A stretch of DNA of 64,000 nucleotides from Pyrinomonadaceae bacterium (lineage in GTDB: Bacteria > Acidobacteriota > Blastocatellia > Pyrinomonadales > Pyrinomonadaceae): assembly GCA_036403235.1 (NCBI GenBank), contig DASWRI010000044.1, positions 6,193 through 70,192 on the forward strand. Reading direction: 5' to 3'. Shown here one piece after another: positions 45,033 to 56,172 of the stretch. The notes under the pieces were generated by a model. The model searched no databases. It was not told where the DNA came from and saw nothing but the letters and a program-made list of their open reading frames with translations. Within the stretch, counting starts at the first letter, position 1. The number at the start of each line of letters is the position of its first letter. Made by a program: the position numbers and the translations under genes.

Positions 45033-46211
45033 ATGGAAAAGTTTTCTTATAAATTTGCCGCGTTGCTGCTGGCTTTTAGCGTCGGAGTCGCTATCGCCGG
45101 CATTTTTTATTTTCGGGCGAAAACCGAGCCCGCCGAGCAGCCGGAAATCATCGTCAGGGAAAATACAAAGCAAAATTTTAACAGCGCCGAAACGCTGGAA
45201 ATGATGTTTGTACTCGACACGACCGGCTCGATGGGCGGTTTGCTCGACGGCGCAAAACAGCGAATCTGGGGGATTATCAATGAAGTGATGCAGAAAAAAT
45301 CGCACCCGCAGGTCAGGGTCGGCCTTGTCGCCTATCGCGATAAAACCGATGAATATGTGACGAAAGTTACGCCTCTGACCGAAGATTTGGACAAAGTTTA
45401 CTCGACCTTGATGGATTACGAAGCGGCCGGCGGCGGCGACACGCCCGAAGATGTGCGAAGCGCGCTGGCCGAAGCCGTCAAAAACGGCGGCTGGTCGCAG
45501 TCGAAACAGGGCGTCGCGCAGATTATTTTTTTAGTCGGCGACGCGCCGCCGCAGAATTATGAAAACGTGCCGGACGTTTTGGCGACAACTTCGAAAGCCG
45601 TCAGGCAAAATATGATTGTCAACACGATTCAATGCGGCGATGCCATCGATACGAAGGAAATATGGCAGCAAATCGCGCAGTACGGCGAGGGGAAATATTT
45701 TGCCATCGCGCAGGACGGCGGCGTTCAGACAATCGGCTCGCCGTATGATGCGAGGCTGGCCGAGCTCGGCAGCAAAATCGGGCAGACATACGTCGCTTAC
45801 GGCGCAAATTCAAACACGAAAGCGGAAATGCAGGTCGTCACCGAATCGAAAATGGCGAACACGTCGACCAATTCGGCAAGAGCCGACCGCGCTCTGAATA
45901 AAGCGATTAACACCGAAGCTTACTCGGACGATTTACTACAGGACATCGAAAACGGCAGGACAAAACTGGAGAACGTCAAAAACGAAGATTTGCCGGTCGA
46001 TTTGCGAAATATGTCCGAATCCGAGCGCGGCGCGGAAGTCGAAAAACGGCTCGCCGAAAGAAAGAAAATTCGCGAGGAAATTTTGAATTTATCCAAACAG
46101 CGCGACGAATTTATCACGGCCGAACGAAAAAAGTCCGGCAAACAGACCGGCTTTGACGCGGCGGTCGCCGAAGCCCTCAACGAGCAGCTTTCCCGGAGAG
46201 GCATCAAATAA
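45033..46211 (+). CDS. membrane-anchored von Willebrand factor A-domain protein
   Basis: N-terminal TM helix, MIDAS-like LDTTGSMGG, and a C-terminal charged coiled-coil tail. Confidence 0.8.
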   Translation: MEKFSYKFAALLLAFSVGVAIAGIFYFRAKTEPAEQPEIIVRENTKQNFNSAETLEMMFVLDTTGSMGGLLDGAKQRIWGIINEVMQKKSHPQVRVGLVAYRDKTDEYVTKVTPLTEDLDKVYSTLMDYEAAGGGDTPEDVRSALAEAVKNGGWSQSKQGVAQIIFLVGDAPPQNYENVPDVLATTSKAVRQNMIVNTIQCGDAIDTKEIWQQIAQYGEGKYFAIAQDGGVQTIGSPYDARLAELGSKIGQTYVAYGANSNTKAEMQVVTESKMANTSTNSARADRALNKAINTEAYSDDLLQDIENGRTKLENVKNEDLPVDLRNMSESERGAEVEKRLAERKKIREEILNLSKQRDEFITAERKKSGKQTGFDAAVAEALNEQLSRRGIK

Positions 46212-46218
46212 TCAAAAA

Positions 46219-46249
46219 GGGCAAGGTTTTCGCCTTGCCCAAATTTTTA
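46219..46249 (+). terminator. rho-independent terminator
   Basis: gggcaagg-ttttcg-ccttgccc, followed by aaattttt. Confidence 0.6.
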
Positions 46250-46301
46250 AAGAACGGTAATCTTATCCTCAGAAATACATTTCAACTCCCCGGAAAGGCT
46301 T

Positions 46302-47348
46302 ATGAAAAATACATTCTTTTTGCTTGTAATCGCTCTTTTAGCGTTTGGCGCGTCTTCGTGCACGACGCGCACGGAGGCACGGAAGGATTGCCGCATCAAA
46401 GTCGGCATCGTTTTCGACATCGGCGGGAAAAACGACCGCTCGTTTAACGCGGCGGCATGGGAAGGCGTCAAACGCGCCGCCAATGATTTGCCGATTTGCC
46501 TGAACGACGTCGAGCCGGGAAATCCGACTTCGATTGAGCCGGCGATGCGCGCTTTTGCCGAAAAGAATTTCGATTTAATCATCGGCGTCGGTTTTGCGCA
46601 AGGGCCGATTATGGCAAACGTCGCCAAAGATTATCCGAAAATCAAATTTGCCATCGTCGACGGCGTGATTCTTGAAGACGACGGCAAAACGCCGAAATCG
46701 AACGTCGCGTCTTTGGTCTTTCGCGAACACGAAGGTTCGTATCTGGTCGGGATGATAGCCGCCTCTAAATCGAAAACCGGCGTTTTGGGCTTTGTCGGCG
46801 GAATGAACATTCCGCTGATACACAAATTTGAGACCGGCTACGAGGAAGGCGCGCGCGCCGTAAATCCGAATATCCGCGTGATTGACAGCTACGTCGGCGT
46901 CACCGACGGCGCGTGGAACAATCCGGGCAAAGGCAAGGAGCTCGCGCTTTCGCAAATCGAAAAAGGCGCGGACGTGATTTTTACGGCGGCGGGAAATTCC
47001 GGCCTCGGCGCGTTCGACGCGGTCGAGCAATACGGCAAGACAAACGGCGAAGCCAACAAATTCGTCATCGGCGTCGATTCAAATCAAAACGCCGTCAAAC
47101 CCGGTTTCGTTTTGACTTCGATGGTCAAACGCGTCGATAACGCGGTTTACGACGTCGTCAAGGAAGTTCTCGGCGGCGATTTCAAAGGCGGCTTTCACGC
47201 ATTCGGACTTGAAAAGGACGGCGTCGCCTACGCGATGGACGACAACAATAAAGCCCTTATTCCGCCGGACGTAATCGCAAAAGTCGAAGAAGCCAAAAAG
47301 AAAATCGTCGCGGGTGAAATCAAAGTTACCGACGCGATGGCAAAATAA
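46302..47348 (+). CDS. BMP-family (PnrA/Med-like) ABC substrate-binding lipoprotein
   Basis: Lipobox [20 protein letters not shown] and GFVGGM motifs. Confidence 0.88.
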   Translation: MKNTFFLLVIALLAFGASSCTTRTEARKDCRIKVGIVFDIGGKNDRSFNAAAWEGVKRAANDLPICLNDVEPGNPTSIEPAMRAFAEKNFDLIIGVGFAQGPIMANVAKDYPKIKFAIVDGVILEDDGKTPKSNVASLVFREHEGSYLVGMIAASKSKTGVLGFVGGMNIPLIHKFETGYEEGARAVNPNIRVIDSYVGVTDGAWNNPGKGKELALSQIEKGADVIFTAAGNSGLGAFDAVEQYGKTNGEANKFVIGVDSNQNAVKPGFVLTSMVKRVDNAVYDVVKEVLGGDFKGGFHAFGLEKDGVAYAMDDNNKALIPPDVIAKVEEAKKKIVAGEIKVTDAMAK

Positions 47349-47349
47349 A

Positions 47350-48845
<1,496 letters not shown>

Positions 48846-48855
<10 letters not shown>

Positions 48856-48886
48856 AAAGTTTAAGAATTTTCTTTCACTTTTCACT
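48846..48886. repeat. heptamer-word inverted repeat, GTGAAAA family
   Basis: cgaaaagtgaaaagtttaagaattttctttcacttttcac. Contains the ABC ATPase stop codon. Confidence 0.85.
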
Positions 48887-48890
48887 AATT

Positions 48891-49334
48891 TTACTCTTCG
48901 TTTGTTAAGAATTGATAAGTTGCCGCGGCGGCGAGACCGCCGGCGAGATACCACGCGACGGTCATTATTTCCGTTTCTCTCGTTCGATTAACCGGCTCAT
49001 CGCCCAGCCCGAGAGGCTCGGTCAGAGCGACCGCTCCGACACCGGCCGCAGCTCCCAGTAATCCGCCGACGGGCAGTGCGTTTGCCGCTCCGCCCAGACC
49101 AACCAGACTAAAATACAGAGAATTTGCCGCCAGGTCGCTGCCGAGCGAATACCAGTAGAGCTCGCTGTTCGGCGGCGGTTCTTTTCCGGCGCGCATCAAA
49201 GGATACGCAAAAGCGCGCTTGCCGACGACGTCGAGCCGCGGCGCATCTTTAATAAATTTCCGCGCCGTTTCGTTTATCAAAGTAACCGTAATCGCACCGA
49301 CCAGGCCGCTGGCGATTGCTTTTAATACTGACAT
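48891..49334 (-). CDS. Gly/Ala-rich membrane protein, unknown function
   Basis: 147 aa with several hydrophobic Gly-rich helices. Confidence 0.5.
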   Translation of the reverse strand: MSVLKAIASGLVGAITVTLINETARKFIKDAPRLDVVGKRAFAYPLMRAGKEPPPNSELYWYSLGSDLAANSLYFSLVGLGGAANALPVGGLLGAAAGVGAVALTEPLGLGDEPVNRTRETEIMTVAWYLAGGLAAAATYQFLTNEE

Positions 49335-49355
49335 AAATTTTACCTTCCCCTTTTC

Positions 49356-49619
49356 TTAATTTTTTTCCTTTTTCCGAAAATAAAACGAGAGCCACAAACC
49401 GATTAAATTGTTGATGGTCAAAATCCCGTTCGTCACCGTAAAAACCCAATTTCCAACCAGATAGCTGTAAACGGTAAATCCGATTGAAGCCGCGAGTTGG
49501 CCGATAAAAAGCCATTTTGAAACGCCTTCGCCGGTGCGCTCTTTCCATTGTTTGTAAACTTGTTTGATGAGTGTAATGAGCAAAATCCCCGAGCTCGCCC
49601 AACCGATTATTTCCGTCAT
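49356..49619 (-). CDS. three-helix small membrane protein (PQ-loop/SemiSWEET-like candidate)
   Basis: 87 aa from ATG 49619 (MTEIIGWASSGILLITLIKQVYKQWKE...). Three predicted TM helices. Confidence 0.35.
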   Translation of the reverse strand: MTEIIGWASSGILLITLIKQVYKQWKERTGEGVSKWLFIGQLAASIGFTVYSYLVGNWVFTVTNGILTINNLIGLWLSFYFRKKEKN

Positions 49620-49713
49620 AAGAATAATTTTAGCGCAAAGAGTGCGGGAAAAGGCAAAAGAAAAAAGGCAAAAGCCGGGAATTACGCTTTTGCCTTTTTT
49701 CTTTTTACTTAAT

Positions 49714-50943
49714 TTATCCGGCAACCGTCTGCGTTTCCGAATTGAACAAATTTTCCATGCGCTTGACCGCCGCTTGCAGATTTTCCAGAGACGTAGCGTA
49801 GGAAAATCGGATAAATCCGTCAGCGCCGAAGCCCGCGCCGTCTGTCACGACGACCTGCGCTTCCGTCAGAAGATATTCGGCGACGGCGGCGGAAGATTCG
49901 AATTTATCTCCGAGCATTCCGCGCACGTCGACAAAAGCGTAAAACGCGCCTTCGGGCATTTCGCATTTGAAACCCTCGATTTTCTGCAAAGCCGGAATCA
50001 GCCAGTCGCGCCGTCGGCGATATTCGGCGAGCATCGAACCGACCGCCGCCATCGATTTTTCGCGCTCCTCGGCGGCGCGCGCGCAGGCGTATTGGACGAA
50101 GCTCGTCGGATGCGAAGCCGAATGACTTTGCAGTTTCGTCATCGCGCGCGTCCATTCCGCGCGCGCAATCGTGTAACCGATGCGCCAGCCGGTCATCGCG
50201 TAGGTTTTCGAAAAACTGCCCGCGACGCAGACGTATTTGCGCAATTCGTCGGGCAGCGCGGCCGACGTGAAAACCTCGCCGGGCGGATAGACGAAAAACA
50301 AATAACATTCGTCGGTCAAAACATAAACGTCGCGCTCGGCACAGACTTCGACGATTTTTCGCATCTCGTCGGCCGGAATGACGCGCCCGGTCGGATTGTT
50401 CGGCGAATTGATGATTAAAAGCTTGGTTTTGTCGGTGATGGCCTCGCAAACCTGTTCGGCCGTCAAAACAAAATCGGTTTCCTCGGTTTCGATAAAACGG
50501 CTGTTCGCGCGGTTGAAATTGACGATTTCGGGAAAAGTCACCCAATATGGCTTCGGAATCAAAACGTCGTCGCCAATGTTTAAAATCGTGCAGGCGGCGT
50601 TGAAAAGCGCCTGTTTTCCGCCGCACGCCGCCGCCACTTCCGACGGCGAAAAGCGCGCGCCGAACTGAGCGGCGTAAAAATGCGCGATGGCCTCGGTAAA
50701 AGACTTGAGGCCGACGGTCGGCGTATATTTTGTCAGGCCTTTTTGCAAACCTTCCCACGCGTATTCCTTGATAAATTCGGGCGTCTGAAAATCCGGCTCG
50801 CCTAAAGTCAAATCAATCACGTCAAAGCCCTGCTCACGCAGCTCGCGCGCGATTTGTCCCGCTTTAAGCGTCGACGACATATGCATCTTGGCGACGTTTT
50901 CGGAAACGGGAAAAATTTGGCTGGCAGCGTCTCTGGTTTTCAT
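49714..50943 (-). CDS. class I/II pyridoxal-phosphate aminotransferase (aspartate aminotransferase-like)
   Basis: LTLGEPDF, INSPNNPTG and GSFSKTYAMTGWRIGY (PLP lysine) motifs. Confidence 0.88.
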   Translation of the reverse strand: MKTRDAASQIFPVSENVAKMHMSSTLKAGQIARELREQGFDVIDLTLGEPDFQTPEFIKEYAWEGLQKGLTKYTPTVGLKSFTEAIAHFYAAQFGARFSPSEVAAACGGKQALFNAACTILNIGDDVLIPKPYWVTFPEIVNFNRANSRFIETEETDFVLTAEQVCEAITDKTKLLIINSPNNPTGRVIPADEMRKIVEVCAERDVYVLTDECYLFFVYPPGEVFTSAALPDELRKYVCVAGSFSKTYAMTGWRIGYTIARAEWTRAMTKLQSHSASHPTSFVQYACARAAEEREKSMAAVGSMLAEYRRRRDWLIPALQKIEGFKCEMPEGAFYAFVDVRGMLGDKFESSAAVAEYLLTEAQVVVTDGAGFGADGFIRFSYATSLENLQAAVKRMENLFNSETQTVAG

Positions 50944-51014
50944 ATTTTTGACTTAAGAAAAATTATCGCCGAATACGAAATTAAATACAAAAAATTATAA
51001 ATGATTGTCTATTT

Positions 51015-51392
51015 TCAAAATGCTTCCAAAAATTCGACGCGGTTACCGAACGGGTCGCGAAACTCGAAGCGATTGTAATCGGGAATCGGCACGCCTTCCA
51101 AAATGCGCACGCCGCGCGCTTCGAGCTTTTCGCGCCAGCCTTCCAGATTTTCCACCTGATAAGCGACGTGCGCTTTTGTTTTCGTTCTATCAAAATTGTC
51201 TTCCGTCCCGATGTGAATCTGAAACGCGCCGACTTCGAGCCAGAATCCGCCGCGTCCTTCTAAAGACTTGGGCTTGGGAATTTCCTTTAATCCTAAAAAA
51301 TCGCAGTAAAATTCACGCGCCGCCGCTTCAGCGCCCGTCGGAATCGTTATTTGCGCGTGCTGAATTTTCAGAATTAAAAGCTTTTTTATCAT
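51015..51392 (-). CDS. VOC-family (glyoxalase/bleomycin-resistance/dioxygenase) protein
   Basis: 125 aa. HAQITIP...H(I)GTED...EFRDPFGNRVEF pattern. Confidence 0.8.
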   Translation of the reverse strand: MIKKLLILKIQHAQITIPTGAEAAAREFYCDFLGLKEIPKPKSLEGRGGFWLEVGAFQIHIGTEDNFDRTKTKAHVAYQVENLEGWREKLEARGVRILEGVPIPDYNRFEFRDPFGNRVEFLEAF

Positions 51393-51413
51393 TTCAACAA
51401 CTCCCGCATTCTT

Positions 51414-51644
51414 TTTTCAGACCTCATCGTAAAGTTTTCAACGGTCAGAAAATCATTTTCAACGTGCAGAAAATACTTTTCGACACTTCAAAAATCATTT
51501 TCAACACTCCGAAAAGTCTTTATGAGACGTCGAAAAATTTATTTGACATACAGAAAACCTTTTGTGACGCTCAGAAAATCTTTTGCAGCACGTCGAAAAT
51601 CTTTTGCGACATACGAAAAACTTTGTGCGAAGCCTCGCAAAATC
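51414..51644 (-). repeat. array of 11 direct repeats with exact 21-bp period (minus-strand unit aGATTTTCnnnnGTnnnnAAA)
   Basis: Plus-strand units start at 51414, 51435, 51456, 51477, 51498, 51519, 51540, 51561, 51582, 51603 and 51624. Lies between the coaD stop and the VOC start. Confidence 0.92.
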
Positions 51645-51692
51645 TAAAAAACAGAATTTCTAAAAAAATTTCGGCTTTGAATTGTTTTTCAT

Positions 51693-52187
51693 TTAAGACG
51701 ATTTCAATTTATCGCGCATTTTTAGCTCGACCGATTCGGGCACGAGACCTTCGACGCGGCCGCCGAGCGTGAAAATTTGTTTCAAAAGATTCGATGAAAC
51801 ATACGAATATTCTTCGGCCGCCATCAGAAAAACCGTCTCGATGCTCGGTTCAAGGCGACGGTTCATCAAAGCCATCCGCAGCTCGTATTCGTAATCGGAA
51901 ACGGCGCGAATGCCGCGCACAATCGCCGTCGCGCCGCGTTTTTTTGCAAAATCGGCGGTCAGACCGGAAAAGCCGTCGACAATCAGACGGCATTCTTGGC
52001 TTTCGATTTGAGGCAGAATTTCTTCAATCATACGGCAGCGTTCTTCAACGGAAAACATCGGATTTTTGTCGGGATTATTTAAAACGGCGATGATGATTTC
52101 GTCAAAAAGCGGCAGGCTTCGCTTGATAATGTCGAGATGACCGTTGGTTAAAGGGTCGAACGAACCGGGAAAAATTGCGCGGCGCAT
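51693..52187 (-). CDS. coaD: phosphopantetheine adenylyltransferase
   Basis: MRRAIFPGSFDPLTNGH from ATG 52187. The ORF-track extension translates the repeat (FTFHFPLFTLHLL). Confidence 0.92.
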   Translation of the reverse strand: MRRAIFPGSFDPLTNGHLDIIKRSLPLFDEIIIAVLNNPDKNPMFSVEERCRMIEEILPQIESQECRLIVDGFSGLTADFAKKRGATAIVRGIRAVSDYEYELRMALMNRRLEPSIETVFLMAAEEYSYVSSNLLKQIFTLGGRVEGLVPESVELKMRDKLKSS

Positions 52188-52193
52188 ATTTAG

Positions 52194-52252
52194 TAAGTGT
52201 AAAGTGAAAAGTGGAAAGTGGAAAGTGAAGAAAAGGTTCTTCAACTTTTCAC
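52194..52252. repeat. heptamer-word repeat, NAAAGTG family (six tandem words, short return arm)
   Basis: GTAAGTG TAAAGTG AAAAGTG GAAAGTG GAAAGTG AAGAAAA ... cttttcac. Fills the spacer between the TPR lipoprotein gene and coaD. Confidence 0.85.
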
Positions 52253-52255
52253 TAA

Positions 52256-53044
52256 TCAGAATCTCGTTTCCAAAAGCTTCTTCGCCTTTTCGACGCATTC
52301 TTTGTGTTCGAACGTATATTCGGGACCGGGCTTCATCTTTAAGATATATTCGAGCTGTTTTTTCGCATCGGCGTCGCGGCCGACCGCCAGATAAGCTTCT
52401 GCCAGATGCAAATAAATATAGGTGTTTTCCTTTTCGATTTCGAGAGCTTTTTCCAGATATTCGACCGCTTTTTCCGGCTTTCCGCCGGCGAGCATTCCGG
52501 CTTTCATCTCGACCTGCGCCAGCGCGTCGTAGGCGCTGGCGGCTTGATAATTAGGCTGGATTTCGATGACTTTGTTCATCTCGGAGCGAATCTCGTCGAT
52601 GGCTTTAATGCCGACCGTGACCGGGCTTCGCCGAGCCTGTTCGCCTAAATTAGCGCCGTACCAGAAGTGTCCGTCGGGTTTCTCGGGCTCCATTTTGGCG
52701 GCGATTTTTCCGGCCTGCACGCCGTCTTCAAAAGCCTTTTCGATTTCCTTTTCGTCCGGGCTATGTTTGCCGAGAAAAAAATTATATTTGGCGAATTTCC
52801 ATTCCGATTCGTAATTTCGAACGTCGGGATTACGCGTTCGGGCAAGTGTCTGAACGGCTTCGCGCAGTTTCGATAAATCGTCGCGCTGCTGGAAAAGCTC
52901 GTCGGCTTTGGCGATGGCGTCGGAGAAAAAAGTCGGTGTTATTTTCTGCTTAAAATCCTCAGTTACGCCTTTTGACGCGCACGCCGAAGCGAAAATCACG
53001 AAACATGCAATTGTAATAAAACGGTAAAATCTTATCCTTTTCAT
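52256..53044 (-). CDS. TPR-repeat lipoprotein
   Basis: Lipobox-like FASACAS after the signal peptide. TPR-like helices (AEAYLAVGRDADAKKQLEYILK). Confidence 0.7.
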   Translation of the reverse strand: MKRIRFYRFITIACFVIFASACASKGVTEDFKQKITPTFFSDAIAKADELFQQRDDLSKLREAVQTLARTRNPDVRNYESEWKFAKYNFFLGKHSPDEKEIEKAFEDGVQAGKIAAKMEPEKPDGHFWYGANLGEQARRSPVTVGIKAIDEIRSEMNKVIEIQPNYQAASAYDALAQVEMKAGMLAGGKPEKAVEYLEKALEIEKENTYIYLHLAEAYLAVGRDADAKKQLEYILKMKPGPEYTFEHKECVEKAKKLLETRF

Positions 53045-53132
53045 ATGGTCGAATTACCCAAAATGTTAAAATTTTGATATTTTAAGACTTTGTAAACAAA
53101 GAAATTCTAATAAAAATATCACAAAAGTCACG

Positions 53133-53807
53133 ATGAAAAAAGACGGGCAAGCGGCGGCATTTTACGATTTAGAAGGAACACTCGTGAGCACGAACCTCGT
53201 GCACACGCTCGGATTTTACGCGCGTCGCCAGCAGGGCTTATTCAAAACCATCAAAAAAAGCGCTTCGACGCTGGCCAAACTGCCGCTTTTCGGCGTCACG
53301 GATTTGTATTCGCGCAATGTTTTTAACGAGCTTTTTTTTCAGAGCTACAAAGGCGAATCGAATGACCGGCTACGCTATTTTTCGGAAGAATTGTTCGAAG
53401 ACGTTCTCAAACCCGCGATTTTCGACGGAACGCCCGAGCTTATCGCGCAGTCGAAAAAAATCGGGCAGCGGCAGGTCGTCATTACCGGCGCACTCGACTT
53501 TACGATTGAGCGCCTGATGGATTATCTCGGCATAGACGATTACGTCGCCAACCGGCTGGAATTCGTCAACGGCTACGCGACCGGCAGAATTTTGCCGCCC
53601 GTGCTGGCGTCGGCGACAAAAGCGAAATGGATACGCGAATACGCCGAGCGCGAAAATATAAATTTATCGGAATCTTACGCTTATTCCGATTCGATTTCCG
53701 ATTTGCCGATGCTCTCGATTGTCGGTCATCCGGTCGCGGTCAATCCGGATTTTCGTCTGAAACAAACTGCTTTGCAGCACGATTGGGCGATTTTGAATTT
53801 GAAGTAA
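53133..53807 (+). CDS. HAD-IB family hydrolase (SerB/phosphatase-like)
   Basis: FYDLEGTL motif I, cap helices, and YSDSISDLPML motif IV. Confidence 0.78.
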   Translation: MKKDGQAAAFYDLEGTLVSTNLVHTLGFYARRQQGLFKTIKKSASTLAKLPLFGVTDLYSRNVFNELFFQSYKGESNDRLRYFSEELFEDVLKPAIFDGTPELIAQSKKIGQRQVVITGALDFTIERLMDYLGIDDYVANRLEFVNGYATGRILPPVLASATKAKWIREYAERENINLSESYAYSDSISDLPMLSIVGHPVAVNPDFRLKQTALQHDWAILNLK

Positions 53808-53811
53808 AAAA

Positions 53812-54288
53812 ATGAATAGAGTTTTTTTCATAAATACTTTTTTAATAATTTGTTTTGGATTGTTAGCTACAAGTTGTTCACAAAATCGTGCTGAATCAAG
53901 CGATAAGTTAGTTGAAAGATTAAATTCGCAAATAAAATTGGGAAATTTCGAGCAGATTTACGTGGAAGCTGGCAGCACGGCAAAAAATCTTACTCTGAAA
54001 GAAGGATTTCTTAAAAAGATGATATCTGCCGTAAATAAGATGAAGGAAGTTGACGAATCCTTGTCTTGGCAAAAGGGGGAAACAGTTGTTTTATCGAATG
54101 CCGACATCGCCGCAGACCTTTATTTGGTTCACAGGAAAATTGAAAGGAACGGAAAGAAACTTGATATTAAGATTACAATTACATTAATCAATCAAGTGCC
54201 TAAATTTTTGGATTTATGCGTTTCGCCTTCTGAATTAACAACGGTTGAATCTGAAACATGCGTTACTAACGCTTCAAAGAAAATATAA
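53812..54288 (+). CDS. hypothetical lipoprotein in a low-GC segment
   Basis: Lipobox LLATSCS. 158 aa. Visibly AT-rich compared with neighbours. Confidence 0.55.
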   Translation: MNRVFFINTFLIICFGLLATSCSQNRAESSDKLVERLNSQIKLGNFEQIYVEAGSTAKNLTLKEGFLKKMISAVNKMKEVDESLSWQKGETVVLSNADIAADLYLVHRKIERNGKKLDIKITITLINQVPKFLDLCVSPSELTTVESETCVTNASKKI

Positions 54289-54304
54289 ACTTTTTATCTA
54301 AATT

Positions 54305-55906
54305 ATGGCTTTGCAATTACGCAGAAAAACACACGAATCAATCATCTATATCGATAAGGACAGCGCGCCGCGCATTATGCCGTTCGGCGAGGATTTTATT
54401 ATCGAAGACATTCCGGTCGGGACGCGCGTCATTTATCCGAATCCGCCGATAAAAGGTTTGCCGAACCGCGAGGCCGCGATTCGATACGCGGTCAATCATC
54501 CGATTGACGCGAAACCGCTTTACGCGCAGCTTGAGCCGGGAATGCGTGTGACGATTGCGATGGACGACATTTCGCTGCCGCTGCCGCCGATGGCTTTGCC
54601 CGATATGCGCCAGACGATGCTCGAAGTCGTTTTGGATATGTGTGCGGCGAACGGCGTCGACGACGTGCATTTGATTGTCGCCAATTCGCTTCACCGCAAA
54701 ATGACGGCCTGGGAAATGGAGCGAATGGTCGGCTCGACGATTTTCAACGAATTTTATCCCGAACGTTTTTACAATCACGACGCCGAGGACGACGAAAATT
54801 TAATCACGCTCGGACACACGCGCCACGACGAGCCGCTGCGCGTCAATCGCCGCGCCATCGAGAGCGATATTTTGATTTACATCAACATCAATCTCGTGCC
54901 GATGGACGGCGGGCACAAATCGGTCGCCGTCGGGCTTTGCGATTACGAATCTCTGCGCGCGCATCACGAGCCGCAGACTATTCTCGACTCGCATTCGTAT
55001 ATGGATCCGCCCGCGTCGGAATTGAATCACAAGGTCATACGGCTCGGAAAACTGGTTGACGAGCACTGCAACGTCTTTCACATCGAAACCGCGCTCAACA
55101 ACAAAATGTTTCCCGAAGGCTACGACATTTTGACGCGCAACGAGGACGAATTTTCGTTCGCCGACCGGATGAAATGGGAAGTTATGAAGCGTACGTTTTC
55201 AAAAATGCCGCGCGCCGCGCGCCGCAAAATGCTTCACGCGATTCCGGCGCAGTATGAATTAATCGCCTGTTACGCGGGCGAAACGGAAAAAGTCCACGAA
55301 AAGATTCTCGAAAAAAATTACCAGCAATACGAAATCCCGGTCAAAGGCCAGTGCGACATAATGATTACGGGCATTCCCGACATCTCGCCGTATAACGTCT
55401 ATTCTGCTTTGAATCCGCTGCTCGTGCAGGTAATGGCGCTCGGCTATCACTTCAATATGTTTCGCAACAAGCCTTTACTTCGGAAAGGCGGCGTGATGAT
55501 TATCACGCACCCGTGTTTTGACGAGTTCGACCATAATTTTCACCCGTCGTATATCGAATTTTTCCATCGTCTTCTGCCCGAATCGCGCGACGCGTTTTAT
55601 CTGCGCGAGAAATACGAGCGCGAGTTTGCGACCAATCCGGCCTACGTCGAGATGTACCGGCGCGGCAACGCCTATCACGGCGCGCACCCGTTTTTTATGT
55701 GGTACTGGGGCGAAAACGGTCGCCAGCACGTCGGCAAAGTCATCGTCGCCGGCGCGGAAAACGCGCACGTTCCCGAAATCTTGGGCTGGGAACGCGCCGA
55801 CAATCTGACCGAAGCTATTGCCATGGCACGCTCGTTTATGGGCAGAAACGCCGAGATTACGATGCTGCACCAGCCGATAATCGGGCTTTGCAATGTGACG
55901 GATTAG
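54305..55906 (+). CDS. LarA-like (DUF2088, nickel-pincer lactate-racemase-related) protein
   Basis: N-terminal block [14 protein letters not shown]...[11 protein letters not shown]...DGGHKSV resembles the LarA N-terminal domain. At 533 aa it is longer than canonical LarA. Confidence 0.6.
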   Translation: MALQLRRKTHESIIYIDKDSAPRIMPFGEDFIIEDIPVGTRVIYPNPPIKGLPNREAAIRYAVNHPIDAKPLYAQLEPGMRVTIAMDDISLPLPPMALPDMRQTMLEVVLDMCAANGVDDVHLIVANSLHRKMTAWEMERMVGSTIFNEFYPERFYNHDAEDDENLITLGHTRHDEPLRVNRRAIESDILIYININLVPMDGGHKSVAVGLCDYESLRAHHEPQTILDSHSYMDPPASELNHKVIRLGKLVDEHCNVFHIETALNNKMFPEGYDILTRNEDEFSFADRMKWEVMKRTFSKMPRAARRKMLHAIPAQYELIACYAGETEKVHEKILEKNYQQYEIPVKGQCDIMITGIPDISPYNVYSALNPLLVQVMALGYHFNMFRNKPLLRKGGVMIITHPCFDEFDHNFHPSYIEFFHRLLPESRDAFYLREKYEREFATNPAYVEMYRRGNAYHGAHPFFMWYWGENGRQHVGKVIVAGAENAHVPEILGWERADNLTEAIAMARSFMGRNAEITMLHQPIIGLCNVTD

Positions 55907-55941
55907 TATTATACGTGCTGAATACGTATAATAAATTTTCT

Positions 55942-56172
55942 ATGCAAAAGAAATTAACGATTACGATTGACGAGCGCGTTTACGAAGGTCTGCAAACGGT
56001 TGTCGGGCGCGGGAAAATCAGCCAGTTTATTGAGGTTTTGCTGCGTCCGCACGTTTTGAAACAGGATTTGGACGCAGCTTACAAGGAAATGTCTGAAGAC
56101 GAGGCGCGTGAAACCGAAGCGTTGGAATGGTCGGAAGCGACAATTGGAGACGTAAATAATGAAACGTGGTGA
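55942..56172 (+). CDS. ribbon-helix-helix-type antitoxin candidate
   Basis: 76 aa. KLTITIDERVYEGL beta-strand/helix start and an acidic C-terminal tail. Overlaps the toxin start by 14 nt. Confidence 0.6.
   Translation: MQKKLTITIDERVYEGLQTVVGRGKISQFIEVLLRPHVLKQDLDAAYKEMSEDEARETEALEWSEATIGDVNNETW

Noticed and set aside
51005-51772. 255-aa plus-strand ORF spanning the second array, with a heptad pattern (KIIFNVQKILFDTSKIIF...).
   Set aside because: It runs antisense through the well-supported VOC gene and into coaD. The open frame is again explained by the 21-bp period.
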